A stretch of DNA of 64,000 bases from an uncultured cyanobacterium (GTDB lineage Bacteria > Cyanobacteriota > Cyanobacteriia > PCC-6307 > Cyanobiaceae), in NCBI GenBank assembly GCA_963765575.1, contig CAVXWZ010000002.1:96001-160000 (forward strand), in the 5' to 3' direction. The translations under genes were made by a program, and so were the position numbers. How positions within the stretch are numbered: the stretch's first letter is position 1; each line of letters starts with the position of its first letter. The notes below the pieces were generated by a model. The model ran no database searches. It was not told the DNA's origin and saw only the letters and a list, made by a program, of their open reading frames with translations. Below are positions 45,557 through 59,265 of the stretch, one piece after another.

Positions 45557-47098
45557 ATGCAGGGAACCGTGGCCATTGACCTGGGCAGCAGCACCACCGT
45601 GGTGGCGCACCAGGCCCCCGGCGCCGGCGCCGAGCTGCTGGCCCTGCCCCCCTACAGCCTGGCCACACCGGTGGTGGTGCCCTCGTTGCTGTGGCTCAGC
45701 CACGGCGAGCAGTCCCGCCCGCTGATCGGCAGGCAGGTGCTGGAGGCTGGCCTGGCCCACGGCGACGACCCGCGCCTGCAGCGCGACTTCAAACGGCGCA
45801 TCGGGGCGCCCCCAGGCGAGACCGGCAGCGCCGCGGCCGAGCGGGCCGGCAGCCTGCTGCTGCGCCGGCTGTGGCATGCCCTGCCGGACGGCCTGGAACC
45901 GAGGCGGCTGGTGCTCACCGCTCCAATCGAGGCCTACCGCGGCTACCGCCAGTGGCTGCTCAGGGTGTGCAGCGATCTGGAGGTGGAGGAGCTGGCCCTG
46001 GTGGACGAACCCACCGCAGCGGCGATCGGGGCTGGTTTGCCGGCCGGGAGCACGGTGCTGGTGGTGGACCTGGGCGGGGGCACCATCGATCTGTCGCTGG
46101 TGCAGCTCGAGGGGGGCGAGGGCCGGGCGGCGCCGATCGCCCAGTTGCTGCGCTTCGCCGGTCGCGACCTCGACGACAGCCGCCAACGGCTGCGCTGCGC
46201 CCGGGTGATCGGCAAGGCCGGCGTGGGCCTGGGGGGGCGGGACATCGACCGCTGGATCGCCCATCGGCTCTGCCCCGACCAGCCCCCCAGCGGCACCCTG
46301 CTGGAGGCCTGCGAACGGCTCAAGTGCCAGCTCAGCGAGCAGGACGAAGCCCTGACGCTGTGGACACCGCCCCAGGCCCCCGCGCGCGAACTGCGGCTGA
46401 ATCGGGAGCAGCTGGCGGCGCTGCTCGAGGGGCACGGCCTGCTGGGGCAGCTCGACGCCATGCTCGACGAGGTGCTGGCAGCGGGCCGCAGGGCCGGCCT
46501 TGACCTCAGACGGGTCACGGCGGTGTTGCCCGTGGGCGGCTCCAGCCAGCTGGCGGCGATCCGCGACTGGCTCCGCCAGCGCTGCGGGGCAGTACCAATC
46601 CGCGACCAGCGGCCGGTGGAGGCCGTGGCGATCGGCGCCCTGGCCCTCACCCCCGGCGTGCAGGTGAAAGATGTGCTGGCCCGGGGGGTGGCGCTGCGCT
46701 GCTGGGAGCGACGCAGCGGCCGGCACCACTGGCACCCGCTGTTCGTGGCTGGCCAGAGCTGGCCCACTGACCGGCCCCTGGAACTGGTGCTGGCCTGCAG
46801 CCAAGACGGGCAGGAGGCCCTGGAGCTGGTGCTGGGGGAGCCCCTCGACGACCAACGCCGGGAGGTGGTGTTCGAAGCGGGCTTGCCGGTGCTGCGCCCC
46901 CGCCAGGCCGGCGCTGCCGACGTGATCCCCTGGGCCCAGGAGCCCTCGTCCCTTGCCCTCAACCCTGCCGGGGAGCAGGGCCAGGACCGCCTGCGGCTGG
47001 CCTTCACGATCGACGCCGACAGCCAGCTGCTGGTGGAGACCACCGATCTGCTCAGCGGCGAGCGGTGCGCACCGGTCCGCCTGGGGGCCGTGCGCTGA
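45557..47098 (+). CDS. Hsp70-family protein (short, DnaK-like ATPase domain)
   Basis: AIDLGSST, EPTAAA, VDLGGGTID, LGGRDID, VGGSSQL. Confidence 0.88.
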   Translation: MQGTVAIDLGSSTTVVAHQAPGAGAELLALPPYSLATPVVVPSLLWLSHGEQSRPLIGRQVLEAGLAHGDDPRLQRDFKRRIGAPPGETGSAAAERAGSLLLRRLWHALPDGLEPRRLVLTAPIEAYRGYRQWLLRVCSDLEVEELALVDEPTAAAIGAGLPAGSTVLVVDLGGGTIDLSLVQLEGGEGRAAPIAQLLRFAGRDLDDSRQRLRCARVIGKAGVGLGGRDIDRWIAHRLCPDQPPSGTLLEACERLKCQLSEQDEALTLWTPPQAPARELRLNREQLAALLEGHGLLGQLDAMLDEVLAAGRRAGLDLRRVTAVLPVGGSSQLAAIRDWLRQRCGAVPIRDQRPVEAVAIGALALTPGVQVKDVLARGVALRCWERRSGRHHWHPLFVAGQSWPTDRPLELVLACSQDGQEALELVLGEPLDDQRREVVFEAGLPVLRPRQAGAADVIPWAQEPSSLALNPAGEQGQDRLRLAFTIDADSQLLVETTDLLSGERCAPVRLGAVR

Positions 47099-47203
47099 AC
47101 GGCAGGCCAGGGCGACCCCGGCGGTGGACGCCGCCAGCGCCGCACCCACCGCCGTGCATGGGGCCTGCCCTACCGTCAAGATGGGAGATCGCGCGCTTTC
47201 GCC

Positions 47204-48031
47204 TTGGCCCTGCGCCAGCACAGGCTGCCTCGACTCTGGCTGGGTCTCACCCTCGGACTGGTGGCCGTCGCCATCGGCGGTGCTTACTGGTGGGAACGTC
47301 AGCTGCCCGCCCGGCTGGACGCCGCCGCCGCCAGGGGCGACCTCGATGCCTGCCTGCGCTACGGCGAGCAGTTGCAGGCCCTGCGCTGGCTGGGAGACGG
47401 GGCCCCGGGCGCCCAGGGGGAATGCCGACGCCGCAAGGCTGCCCAGCTCTGGGAGCAACAGCAGTGGTCCCCAGCCCTGCAACTGCAGCTGCAGCTTGTG
47501 AATTCGACGGTGGGTGAGCCTGAGGATCGCCGCCAGCTCGACGCCTGGCAGGAGGAGCTCAAGCAGCAGGCCCTCGCGCTGTTCCAGTCCGGCGATCTGG
47601 AGGGCAGCCTGGCTCGTCTGGAGCCCATGGGTGAGCACCGGCGCCCGGATCGCTCCGCCCTGGGCGATCAACTGCGCCAGATCTGGGAACGCAACAGTCA
47701 GAGCCTGGAGCGGGCCCGGCGCCTGGTGGATGAACAGCGCTGGTGGGAAGCCCTTGACGCGCTCAACCGTCTGGACCATCCCTGGTGGCAGGAGCAGGGA
47801 CAACCGGTGCGCGCCCAGGTTCAGGCCAGTCTCAACCGACTGAGCGAGCAGGAGCGCCAGCGCGACAGCCATGGCGCCCTGACCCATGGCGTGCCCATCG
47901 AGCGTCTCGACGCCGAAGTCGGCCGGCTGATCGCCCAGGGGATGGATGACTGGGAGGCGTTCAACCAGGCCTGCCAGTCCCTGGGGGGCAGGGTGGTGCA
48001 GATGGGGCCCGAATCGGCCTGCCAGCGCTGA
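47204..48031 (+). CDS. Hypothetical membrane-anchored helical (TPR-like) protein
   Basis: N-terminal TM segment LWLGLTLGLVAVAIGGAYWW followed by helical repeats. Confidence 0.72.
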   Translation: MALRQHRLPRLWLGLTLGLVAVAIGGAYWWERQLPARLDAAAARGDLDACLRYGEQLQALRWLGDGAPGAQGECRRRKAAQLWEQQQWSPALQLQLQLVNSTVGEPEDRRQLDAWQEELKQQALALFQSGDLEGSLARLEPMGEHRRPDRSALGDQLRQIWERNSQSLERARRLVDEQRWWEALDALNRLDHPWWQEQGQPVRAQVQASLNRLSEQERQRDSHGALTHGVPIERLDAEVGRLIAQGMDDWEAFNQACQSLGGRVVQMGPESACQR

Positions 48032-48072
48032 CGGCCTGCGTGACAGGATTGCCTGGGAATCCAGGCGGTGCC

Positions 48073-48291
48073 ATGCAGCAAGGAGATCAGGTCAAGGTCT
48101 GCCTCAGCGTGGTGGTGTATCACCACCCCAAGCACCGCGGAGAGGCCTTCGACCTGCAGGGGCAGCAGGGTGAGGTGCTGTCTGTGCTGAACGACTGGAA
48201 AGGCCGGGTGATCAGCCCCAACCTGCCGGTGGTGGTGGCCTTCGGGAAATTCCGGGCCCACTTCCGCCCCGACGAACTGGAGCTGGCCTGA
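48073..48291 (+). CDS. ftrV: Ferredoxin-thioredoxin reductase variable chain
   Basis: VVVYHHPKHRGEAFDLQG...WKGRVISPNLPVVVAF...AHFRPDEL. Confidence 0.92.
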   Translation: MQQGDQVKVCLSVVVYHHPKHRGEAFDLQGQQGEVLSVLNDWKGRVISPNLPVVVAFGKFRAHFRPDELELA

Positions 48292-48325
48292 AGCCAAGGG
48301 CTGTCACGGCTTCAGCGGGAACCCC

Positions 48326-48856
48326 TCAGGGCCGCAGCAGGTAGACGCCCTCTTCGCCGTCAATTCCCATCAGGCAGAGCTGAATGGTCTCCTGGCGGCC
48401 GGTGGGCACGGTCCGGCCGCAGAAATCGGGCTGGATGGGCAGTTCCCGATGCCCCCGGTCCACCATCACCAGCAAGCTCACGCGCCGCGGCCGTCCCCAG
48501 GCCTGCAGGGCATCGAGGGCGGCCCGCACGGTGCGACCGGTGAAGATCACATCGTCCACCAGCACCACATGGCGGCCGTCGAGATCCGCCGGCAGGTCGG
48601 TGGCCTGCACCAGGCGGGTACCGATGCGATCGAGATCATCGCGGTGGAAGGTGGGATCGAGGCTGCCCCGCTCCACCGGATGGCCACAGAGTTCGGCCAG
48701 GCGCACGCCCAGCACCTCCGCCAGGGCCACACCGCGGGTGGGAATGCCGAGCAACACCAGGCCGCGGCTGTCACCGGTGGCCTCGAGCACCTGGGTGGCC
48801 AAGCGATCCAGGGTGCGGGCCAGGTCGGTCGCCGACAGGATCTCCAGGCGCTCCAT
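48326..48856 (-). CDS. pyrR: PyrR regulator / uracil phosphoribosyltransferase
   Basis: GIPTRG, TFHRDD, VLVDDVIFTGRT, DRGHRELPIQPDFCG. Confidence 0.94.
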   Translation of the reverse strand: MERLEILSATDLARTLDRLATQVLEATGDSRGLVLLGIPTRGVALAEVLGVRLAELCGHPVERGSLDPTFHRDDLDRIGTRLVQATDLPADLDGRHVVLVDDVIFTGRTVRAALDALQAWGRPRRVSLLVMVDRGHRELPIQPDFCGRTVPTGRQETIQLCLMGIDGEEGVYLLRP

Positions 48857-49093
48857 TGGGCCGCCGCAGTTGGAACGATCCTAGGAAGCCATGGATGTGA
48901 CCAAAACCTGACGGAACTGGGAACTGGGCTGGAGTCCAAACAATCTCGCTGTAGGTTGGCTTATGCCAGGTGGTGACATCGTACGCGTACGCTCTGATGA
49001 GTGCACTCGTGATGACTACCGGCCGTCAATGTGTCCCTGCCATCAAGATGTGAGTCGGGTGGCAACAGTTCGGTGAATTCAGGTCCGTCCCAG

Positions 49094-50831
49094 ATGTCAG
49101 CGTCCTCCCCAGCCTCCTCTTCCAGGCCCGGCCAGGGAGGCCCTTCCCCCAGCCCCTCTGACACGCTGGGTGACCAGAACGCCTCCCGCGAGACAGCCCC
49201 TCGCGACAGCGATCGCAGCACCAAGCCCGCGGCGTCGAAAGGTCCGATCGCACCGGTGGTGCTCACCATCCTCGACGGCTGGGGATACCGACCTGTCGAC
49301 GACCACAACGCCATCCGGGCCGCCGACACCCCGGTGATGGATGCGCTCTGGCATGCCTATCCCCACACCCTGATCGAAGCCAGCGGTGCCGCGGTGGGGC
49401 TGCCCGAAAACCAGATGGGCAATTCCGAGGTGGGACACCTCACCATCGGTACGGGGCGCATCATCCGCCAGGAGTTGGTGCGCATCAGCCAGGCGCTACG
49501 CAACGGCTCGTTGGCGGCCAATCCAGTCCTCAACGGCCTGGCCGATCGGCTGCTCGTGAGCGGCGGCACCCTGCATCTGATCGGGCTCTGCTCCGATGGG
49601 GGGGTGCACAGCCATGTCGAACACCTGGGCGGGCTGCTGCGCTGGGCTGCCAGCCGGGGGCTGGCGGATGTCTGCGTGCATGTCATCACCGACGGTCGGG
49701 ACACGGCGCCGAACAGCTCACCCCAGTTCATCGCCCAGGTGGAGCGCGCGATCGCCGACGCAGGCGTCGGCCGCATCGCCACCCTCTGCGGCCGCTACTG
49801 GGCCATGGACCGCGACAGCCGCTGGGAGCGCACCGAAAAGGCCTACCGCCTGCTCACGGAGACCGGCCCCCTGTCCACCCTCAGCCCGGCCGAGATCATC
49901 GAGGCCTCCTATGCGGCGGAGGTGGGCGATGAATTTCTCGAGCCAGTGCGACTGGACGAGGGGATGGTCAAAGCCGGGGACGGGCTGGTGTGCTTCAACT
50001 TCCGTCCCGACCGGGTGCGGCAACTGATCCGCGCCCTGGTGCTGCCGGAGTTCAGCGGCTTTGCCCGCACCCCGATCCCCGACCTCGACGTGGTCACCTT
50101 CACCCAGTACGAGAAGGGCCTGCCGGTGGCTGTCGCCTTCCCGCCCCAGTCCCTTGATGGACTGCTGGGACAGGTGGTCTCCGAGGCCGGCCTGCGCCAG
50201 TTCCGCACCGCCGAAACCGAGAAATACCCCCACGTCACGTACTTCATGAACGGAGGCATCGAGCAGGCCTTCCCCGGCGAGGATCGCCATCTGGTGCCGT
50301 CACCGCGGGTGGCCACCTACGACCAGGCACCGGAGATGTCGGCCAAGCAACTCACCGACAGCTGCATCGCCGCCATCGAGAAGGGCATCTATTCCTTGGT
50401 GGTGATCAACTACGCCAATCCGGACATGGTGGGACACACCGGCAAGATGCAGGCTGCCACCGCCGCCATCGCTACCGTTGACGGCTGCGTCGGGACGGCT
50501 GCTGGCGGCCACGGGCCGGATGGGAGGCACCATGCTGATCACCGCCGACCACGGCAACGCCGAGCTGATGGAAGGTCCCGACGGCCGGCCCTGGACCGCC
50601 CACACCACCAACCCGGTGCCCGTGATCCTGGTGGAAGGTGAGGGTCGCAAGCTGCCCGGCCACGGCAATGACATTCAGCTGCGCGAGCCTGGCGGTCTGG
50701 CCGACATCGCACCCACCCTGCTGGAGATTCTGGCGCTGCCCAAGCCCAACACCATGAGCGGCGTCTCCCTCGTGCTGCCGGCGGCGGTGGGCGCCGTTGC
50801 CGACCGAGTGCCAGAGGCTTTGGGCGTCTAG
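49094..50831 (+). CDS. gpmI: 2,3-BPG-independent phosphoglycerate mutase, with +1 frameshift at about 50492-50495
   Basis: [24 protein letters not shown] and NPDMVGHTG in one frame; [16 protein letters not shown] and LADIAPT in the next. Start uncertain. Confidence 0.92.
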
Positions 50832-50858
50832 GCTGAAGCCGGTGTACACAACCCGCCG

Positions 50859-51089
50859 ATGCTCACCACCGTGCTCTCCTGGATGTGGGTGATGTCAGCG
50901 GTGCTGCTGATCATCACCGTGCTCCTGCACAGCCCCAAGGGTGATGGCATGGGTGGTCTGGCCTCCAGCGGCGGTTCAATGTTCACCAGTGCCCGCAGCG
51001 CTGAACAGACGCTGAACCGCATCACCTGGACCCTGCTGCTGGTGTTCATGGCCCTGGCCGTGGTGCTGAGCGCCGGCTGGCTGGGATGA
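50859..51089 (+). CDS. secG: Preprotein translocase subunit SecG
   Basis: VLLHSPKGDGMGGL...LNRITW with two TM segments; follows gpmI. Confidence 0.94.
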   Translation: MLTTVLSWMWVMSAVLLIITVLLHSPKGDGMGGLASSGGSMFTSARSAEQTLNRITWTLLLVFMALAVVLSAGWLG

Positions 51090-51093
51090 GACC

Positions 51094-51597
51094 GTGCAGA
51101 TGAGCCGCCGCACTTTGCTCGCCGTCCTTGGCCTCACCGGCCTCGGTTCAGGACTTGCTGCTCTGCTCAGCCGGTCACGGCCTGCCGATGCCGCCGGGGC
51201 CGCGCTTGATCCGGCCTGGCGGCTCAGCGACAGCCAGTGGCGCGAGCGCCTCAGCCCCGAGGCCTACGCGGTGCTGCGCCGGGACGGTACCGAGGCGCCC
51301 TTCTCCAGCCCGCTCAACGCCGAGAAGCGACCGGGCACCTACCTCTGCGCCGGCTGCGATCTGCCCCTGTTCAGTTCCACGGCCAAATACGACAGCGGCA
51401 CCGGCTGGCCCAGTTTCTTTGCCGCACTGCCCGACGCGATCAACACCCAACGCGACTTCAAGCTGGTCATACCGCGCACCGAATACCACTGCCGGCGCTG
51501 CGGTGGCCACCAGGGCCACGTCTTCAACGACGGTCCGCGCCCGAGCGGCAAGCGCTACTGCAACAACGGTGTTGCGCTGAGCTTCCAACCCGACTGA
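51094..51597 (+). CDS. msrB: Peptide-methionine (R)-S-oxide reductase with Tat-like signal
   Basis: CAGC, SGTGWPSF, CRRCGGHQGHVF, RYCNN; N-terminal SRRTLL. Confidence 0.95.
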   Translation: MQMSRRTLLAVLGLTGLGSGLAALLSRSRPADAAGAALDPAWRLSDSQWRERLSPEAYAVLRRDGTEAPFSSPLNAEKRPGTYLCAGCDLPLFSSTAKYDSGTGWPSFFAALPDAINTQRDFKLVIPRTEYHCRRCGGHQGHVFNDGPRPSGKRYCNNGVALSFQPD

Positions 51598-51706
51598 GGG
51601 CCGCAGCCAGGCTCACGCAGCAGGCGGCCATGAAAAAGGAGGGCACTGGGCCCTCCGTGGTCGCGAACGCCGGGGCAGAAGCCCCGGCTTGTGAGCCCAA
51701 CTGGGA

Positions 51707-53401
<1,695 letters not shown>

Positions 53402-53482
53402 TCAGTGAGACAGTCCTGGAACCAGGGGCTGTCGCAGCCTTGAGGGCTGCACAGCACTGAAAACTCAGTACTGAGCGGCAGT

Positions 53483-53794
53483 TCAGCTGACGACGGCGAG
53501 GATGTCCTTCTCGGACAGCAGCACGTACTCGTCGGTACCGAGCTTGATGTCAGTGCCGGCGTACTTGCTGTACAGAACCTTGTCGCCAATACCCACTTCG
53601 GGGGACTGGCGGGAACCGTCATCGTTGCGCTTGCCGGGGCCGACCTGCACCACTTCGCCCACTTGGGGCTTCTCCTGGGCCGTGTCGGGCAGCAGGATGC
53701 CGCCGGCGGTGCGCTCGTCAGAGGCAGAGACTTTGATGAAAATGCGATCTCCAAGGGGCTTAACAGTGGAGACGCTGAGGGAAACAGCAGCCAT
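53483..53794 (-). CDS. groES: Co-chaperonin GroES
   Basis: [23 protein letters not shown]. Confidence 0.98.
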   Translation of the reverse strand: MAAVSLSVSTVKPLGDRIFIKVSASDERTAGGILLPDTAQEKPQVGEVVQVGPGKRNDDGSRQSPEVGIGDKVLYSKYAGTDIKLGTDEYVLLSEKDILAVVS

Positions 53795-53846
53795 GGATGA
53801 ATGCGACAGCAACGACATGGCGTCACAGACGCCATTGCAATGGTGA

Positions 53847-55676
<1,830 letters not shown>

Positions 55677-55708
55677 GTCCCTTCCCGTTGTCCTGAGGAG
55701 CACAAGTC

Positions 55709-56116
55709 ATGACTCTCACCCTGCGCGTACTGGCCCCTGACCAGAGTGTTTTCGATGGCAGCGCCGATGAGGTGATTCTGCCTAGCACCACGGGCCAGAT
55801 GGGCATCCTTCCTGGCCACATCACCTTGCTCACGGCGCTCCAAACTGGTGTGATGCGCCTGCGCGAGGGCGGTCAATGGACAACCATTGCCCTGCTTGGC
55901 GGCTTTGCCGAGGTGGAAGCTGACGACGTCACCGTCCTGGTGAACGGCGCTGCCTTGGGCAGCAGCATTGACCCCGCTGATGCCGAAGCTGTCTTTGAGA
56001 AGGCCCAACAGGCCGCCCAGAGCTACGAAGGACAGCCCAACAGCACCGAAAAGATCAAGGCCAGTCAGGATTTCGACCGTGCCAAGGCCTGGCTCCAGGC
56101 CAGCACGGCTGACTGA
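55709..56116 (+). CDS. atpC: ATP synthase F1 epsilon subunit
   Basis: LPSTTGQMGILPGH and GGFAEV; follows the beta subunit gene. Confidence 0.97.
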   Translation: MTLTLRVLAPDQSVFDGSADEVILPSTTGQMGILPGHITLLTALQTGVMRLREGGQWTTIALLGGFAEVEADDVTVLVNGAALGSSIDPADAEAVFEKAQQAAQSYEGQPNSTEKIKASQDFDRAKAWLQASTAD

Positions 56117-56219
56117 TCAATGGGCCGCGATCGCAGAGCACAGCAACCCAGTTCCATGGCCCATTTCCGCCTGCAGGAGCCGAAAAGCCTCGCGGCCATT
56201 GAAGGCAGTCGTAGCCAGT

Positions 56220-56240
56220 AAAAAAGCCCCTGATCGGGGC
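56220..56240 (-). terminator. Probable intrinsic terminator, minus strand
   Basis: GCCCC-GATCA-GGGGC-TTTTTT. Confidence 0.6.
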
Positions 56241-56387
56241 GGTCACGCTGTCGTTGCCGTGGGCTGATGGCGGCACCAATGCCAGGCCAGTGCTGTGGCG
56301 GCCGGTTCCCCTGAAGAGCATCGCCAACCTCGGCCCGTGACCATGCCCGGCACCCACGGTCCGGGCATGGTCAGGCCAGTCGACAGG

Positions 56388-56981
56388 TCAAGCAGTGCCG
56401 CAGAAGGTGACGGTGGGGAACTTGGCCTTGGCTTCGTCCAGGCCCTTGCCCTTGCCTTCTTCCTGCCAGTAGTTGATCACTTCGGTGGCCTGGTTGAGAA
56501 TATCAACCCGTTCATTTTCGGTGATCCAGCTCTTGGCCTCAAGCTCAGACTTCAGTGTTTCCCAGGCATCCTCCCGCGGCCAGAAGAAATAAGAACTCAA
56601 GGGGCTGGGGCCACCGCCGACGATCTGGTCTACAGCCAGGGCGACGTTGTCCGGAAGCCAGAGAATCTTGAGCAGGAAACGGCCTTCATCGGCCTTCGGG
56701 GTGTAGCCGGAAGGAACTCCGTCGGCATCGATCGTGGCACTGGCCAGGGCCGAGCTGCCGGTCCGCAGCACGGGACGACCTGCCGTTGCACTGTCTGCGC
56801 TTGGACTGTCTGCGCTTGCACTGTCCGCAGGAGCAGTTTCGGCCGCAGCCGCTTCCGCTGGGGCAGCTTCCGCAGCAGCAGCTTCCACTGGGGCAGCTTC
56901 CGTTGGGGCAGCTTCAGTGGCGGGAGCCACCTCGGGCGCCTCGCTCACGGCAGCGCCGGCGGCGCTCTCGGTGGCTGTCAT
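56388..56981 (-). CDS. ycf65: 30S ribosomal protein PSRP-3 (Ycf65) with repetitive N-terminal extension
   Basis: FLLKILWL...ALAVDQ...[16 protein letters not shown]...LEAKSWI. Confidence 0.92.
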   Translation of the reverse strand: MTATESAAGAAVSEAPEVAPATEAAPTEAAPVEAAAAEAAPAEAAAAETAPADSASADSPSADSATAGRPVLRTGSSALASATIDADGVPSGYTPKADEGRFLLKILWLPDNVALAVDQIVGGGPSPLSSYFFWPREDAWETLKSELEAKSWITENERVDILNQATEVINYWQEEGKGKGLDEAKAKFPTVTFCGTA

Positions 56982-57081
56982 GGGGTCTGCGGTCAAGACG
57001 GAGAATCAAAGGATTAACCTACCAGTCGCTCTTGCTTGCCTCCTGCAGCCCGCCCCCCAGCCCCCTTCGGCCGGCCGGCCA

Positions 57082-57857
57082 CTGCCGGAATCGCAGCCCC
57101 GGGCCGTGCTGCTGTTGGACATCGATGGGGTGGTGCGCGATGTGGCGGCCAGCTATCGCCGTGCCCTGGCCGAAACGGTTCACCACTACGGCGGCTGGCG
57201 ACCGGATTCCGCCTGCGTTGACGCCCTCAAGGCCGAGGGCCGCTGGAACAACGACTGGGACGCCAGCCTGGAACTGCTACGCCGCCGCGGCCTTGATCCC
57301 CTGCCCGAGTTCAGCGCCCTGGTGGCGGTGTTCAGCGGCTTTTATTTCGGTGGAAATCCCGACGGGGACCCGGCCCAGTGGCGGGGATTCATCGGCGACG
57401 AAGCCCTGCTGCTGGATCGCTCCTGTTTTGAACAGCTCAGCGCTGCGGGAATCGCCTGGGGCTTTGTGAGCGGCGCCGAGCCGGCCTCCGCCCGTTACGT
57501 GCTGGAGACGCGCCTGGGCCTGACCGACCCGCCGCTGGTGGCCATGGGTGACGCCCCGGACAAGCCCGACCCCACCGGACTGCTGCGGCTGGCCGGGGTG
57601 CTGGGGGGGAGCCCGGGCCGCTGGCTCCGCCGGTGGCCTATCTGGGGGACACGGTGGCCGATGTGCTCACCGTGCACAACGCCCGGCGAGCCTGCCCGAA
57701 CCAGCGCTTTCTCAGCCTCGCCGTGGCGCCACCCCACCTGCACGGCCAACGGGAGGCTCGCCGCAGCTACGAGAGCAGCCTCACCCGGGCCGGTGCCGAT
57801 GCCGTGATCGAGAGCAGTGCAGCCGTGCTTGGAGCGCTGCAGCAACTGCTGCCTTAG
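57082..57857 (+). CDS. HAD-family hydrolase (TIGR01548-like), frameshifted in the G7 run at 57603-57609
   Basis: DIDGVVRDV, WNNDWD and DKPDP in one frame; YLGDTVADV in another. Start uncertain. Confidence 0.85.
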
Positions 57858-59176
57858 CCGCGCTGCATGGCCGCCGTGGCCTTGAGGGCGGCGGCGCTGA
57901 GCACCTCATGGCCGTGGTCGGTGACGGCCACATCGTCCTCGATGCGAATGCCGATACCCTTCCAACGCTCCTCAATGGCGGGCTGATCGTCCGGGACAGG
58001 CAGACGATCGCTCACGTACAGCCCTGGTTCCACGGTGAGCACCATGCCCGGCTCCAGCTGCTGGGGGTGCTCACCCAGCCGGTAAGCCCCCACATCGTGA
58101 ACGTCGAGCCCGAGCCAATGGCCGGTGCGGTGCATGTAGAGGTGGCGGTAGGCGCCGCGCTCGATGATCCCGTCCACCTCGCCGCGCAGCAGACCGAGCG
58201 CCACCAGGCCCTCCACCAGCACCCGCACGGCGGTGTCGTGCACCCGCTCGGCCGTCTGCCCGGGGGCCACGGCAGCCAGCGCTGCCTCCTGGGCCGCCAG
58301 CACCAGCTCGTAGAGCTGCCGCTGCTCGCCGGAGAAACGCCCGTTCACGGGGAACGTGCGCGTGATGTCGCCGTTGTAGTAACTCCCCAGCGAGCAGCCG
58401 GCATCGATCAGCAACAGGTCGCCGTCCCGCAGCACACCGCCGTTGGCGGTGTAGTGCAGCACGCAGGCGTTGTCGCCGCCGGCGACGATCGAGCCGTAGG
58501 CAGGCCCACGTGCCCCCTGCTCAAGGAAATGCTGCTCGATCACCGCCTGCACCTGCCGCTCCCTGAGGCCGGGACGGGTGACCTCCCGGGCCAGTTCATG
58601 GGCCTGCGCCGAGATCCGGCAGGCCTCCCGCATCTGCTCCAGCTCTTCGGGCTGCTTGCGCAGGCGCAGTTCATGCAGCAGGGGACAGGGGGCCACCAAC
58701 CCCAGGGCCGCAGCGCCGCTGCGGGGGGCGCGGTCCAGCTGCCGGGCCCAGGCCGAGAGCACCAGCGGTTCCACCGCAGGATGCCGACCGATGCGAAAGG
58801 CGATGCCCTCAGCGCCGTCGAGGTAGTCGGCCAGGCGCTGGGGGAGCTCCGCAAGGGGATGGGCGAGGTCCGCCGCAAACCGCTCCACGGCCCCTTCGGT
58901 ACCCCAGCGAAAACCGGTCCACACCTCAGCGCTGGCGAGCCGCGGCTGCACAAACAGCACAAAGCGCTCGCCGGCCGGACGATGGGGCAGCAGCAGGGCC
59001 ACGGCATCGGGCTCGTCGAACCCGGTCAGATACCAGAAATCGCTGTTCTGCCGGAACGGGTACTCGCAGTCCGCGTGGTGGGTCACCAGGGGCGCGGCCG
59101 GAATCACCGCCGCCACCCCCCCGAGCCGCTGCAGGAAATGCTCGCGGCGTTGGGCATAGATCGATGTCAAACGCAC
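57854..59176 (-). CDS. pepP: Xaa-Pro aminopeptidase (M24B)
   Basis: FRQNSDFWYLTG, DITRT, HRTGHWLGLDVHD, TVEPGLY, GIRIEDD. Confidence 0.95.
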   Translation of the reverse strand: MRLTSIYAQRREHFLQRLGGVAAVIPAAPLVTHHADCEYPFRQNSDFWYLTGFDEPDAVALLLPHRPAGERFVLFVQPRLASAEVWTGFRWGTEGAVERFAADLAHPLAELPQRLADYLDGAEGIAFRIGRHPAVEPLVLSAWARQLDRAPRSGAAALGLVAPCPLLHELRLRKQPEELEQMREACRISAQAHELAREVTRPGLRERQVQAVIEQHFLEQGARGPAYGSIVAGGDNACVLHYTANGGVLRDGDLLLIDAGCSLGSYYNGDITRTFPVNGRFSGEQRQLYELVLAAQEAALAAVAPGQTAERVHDTAVRVLVEGLVALGLLRGEVDGIIERGAYRHLYMHRTGHWLGLDVHDVGAYRLGEHPQQLEPGMVLTVEPGLYVSDRLPVPDDQPAIEERWKGIGIRIEDDVAVTDHGHEVLSAAALKATAAMQRG

Positions 59177-59265
59177 CCCCCGACAGGCCTGATCTGGGGG
59201 CCAGTCTGGAGCAGGCCTCGCCAGGCCCGATTAAATGGGGTGATGGCCCAGGGCCCACCCACCCC

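Noticed and set aside
48857..49093. PyrR attenuator upstream of pyrR
   Set aside because: No recognisable PyrR-binding loop or terminator/antiterminator pair, and no pyr operon adjacent.
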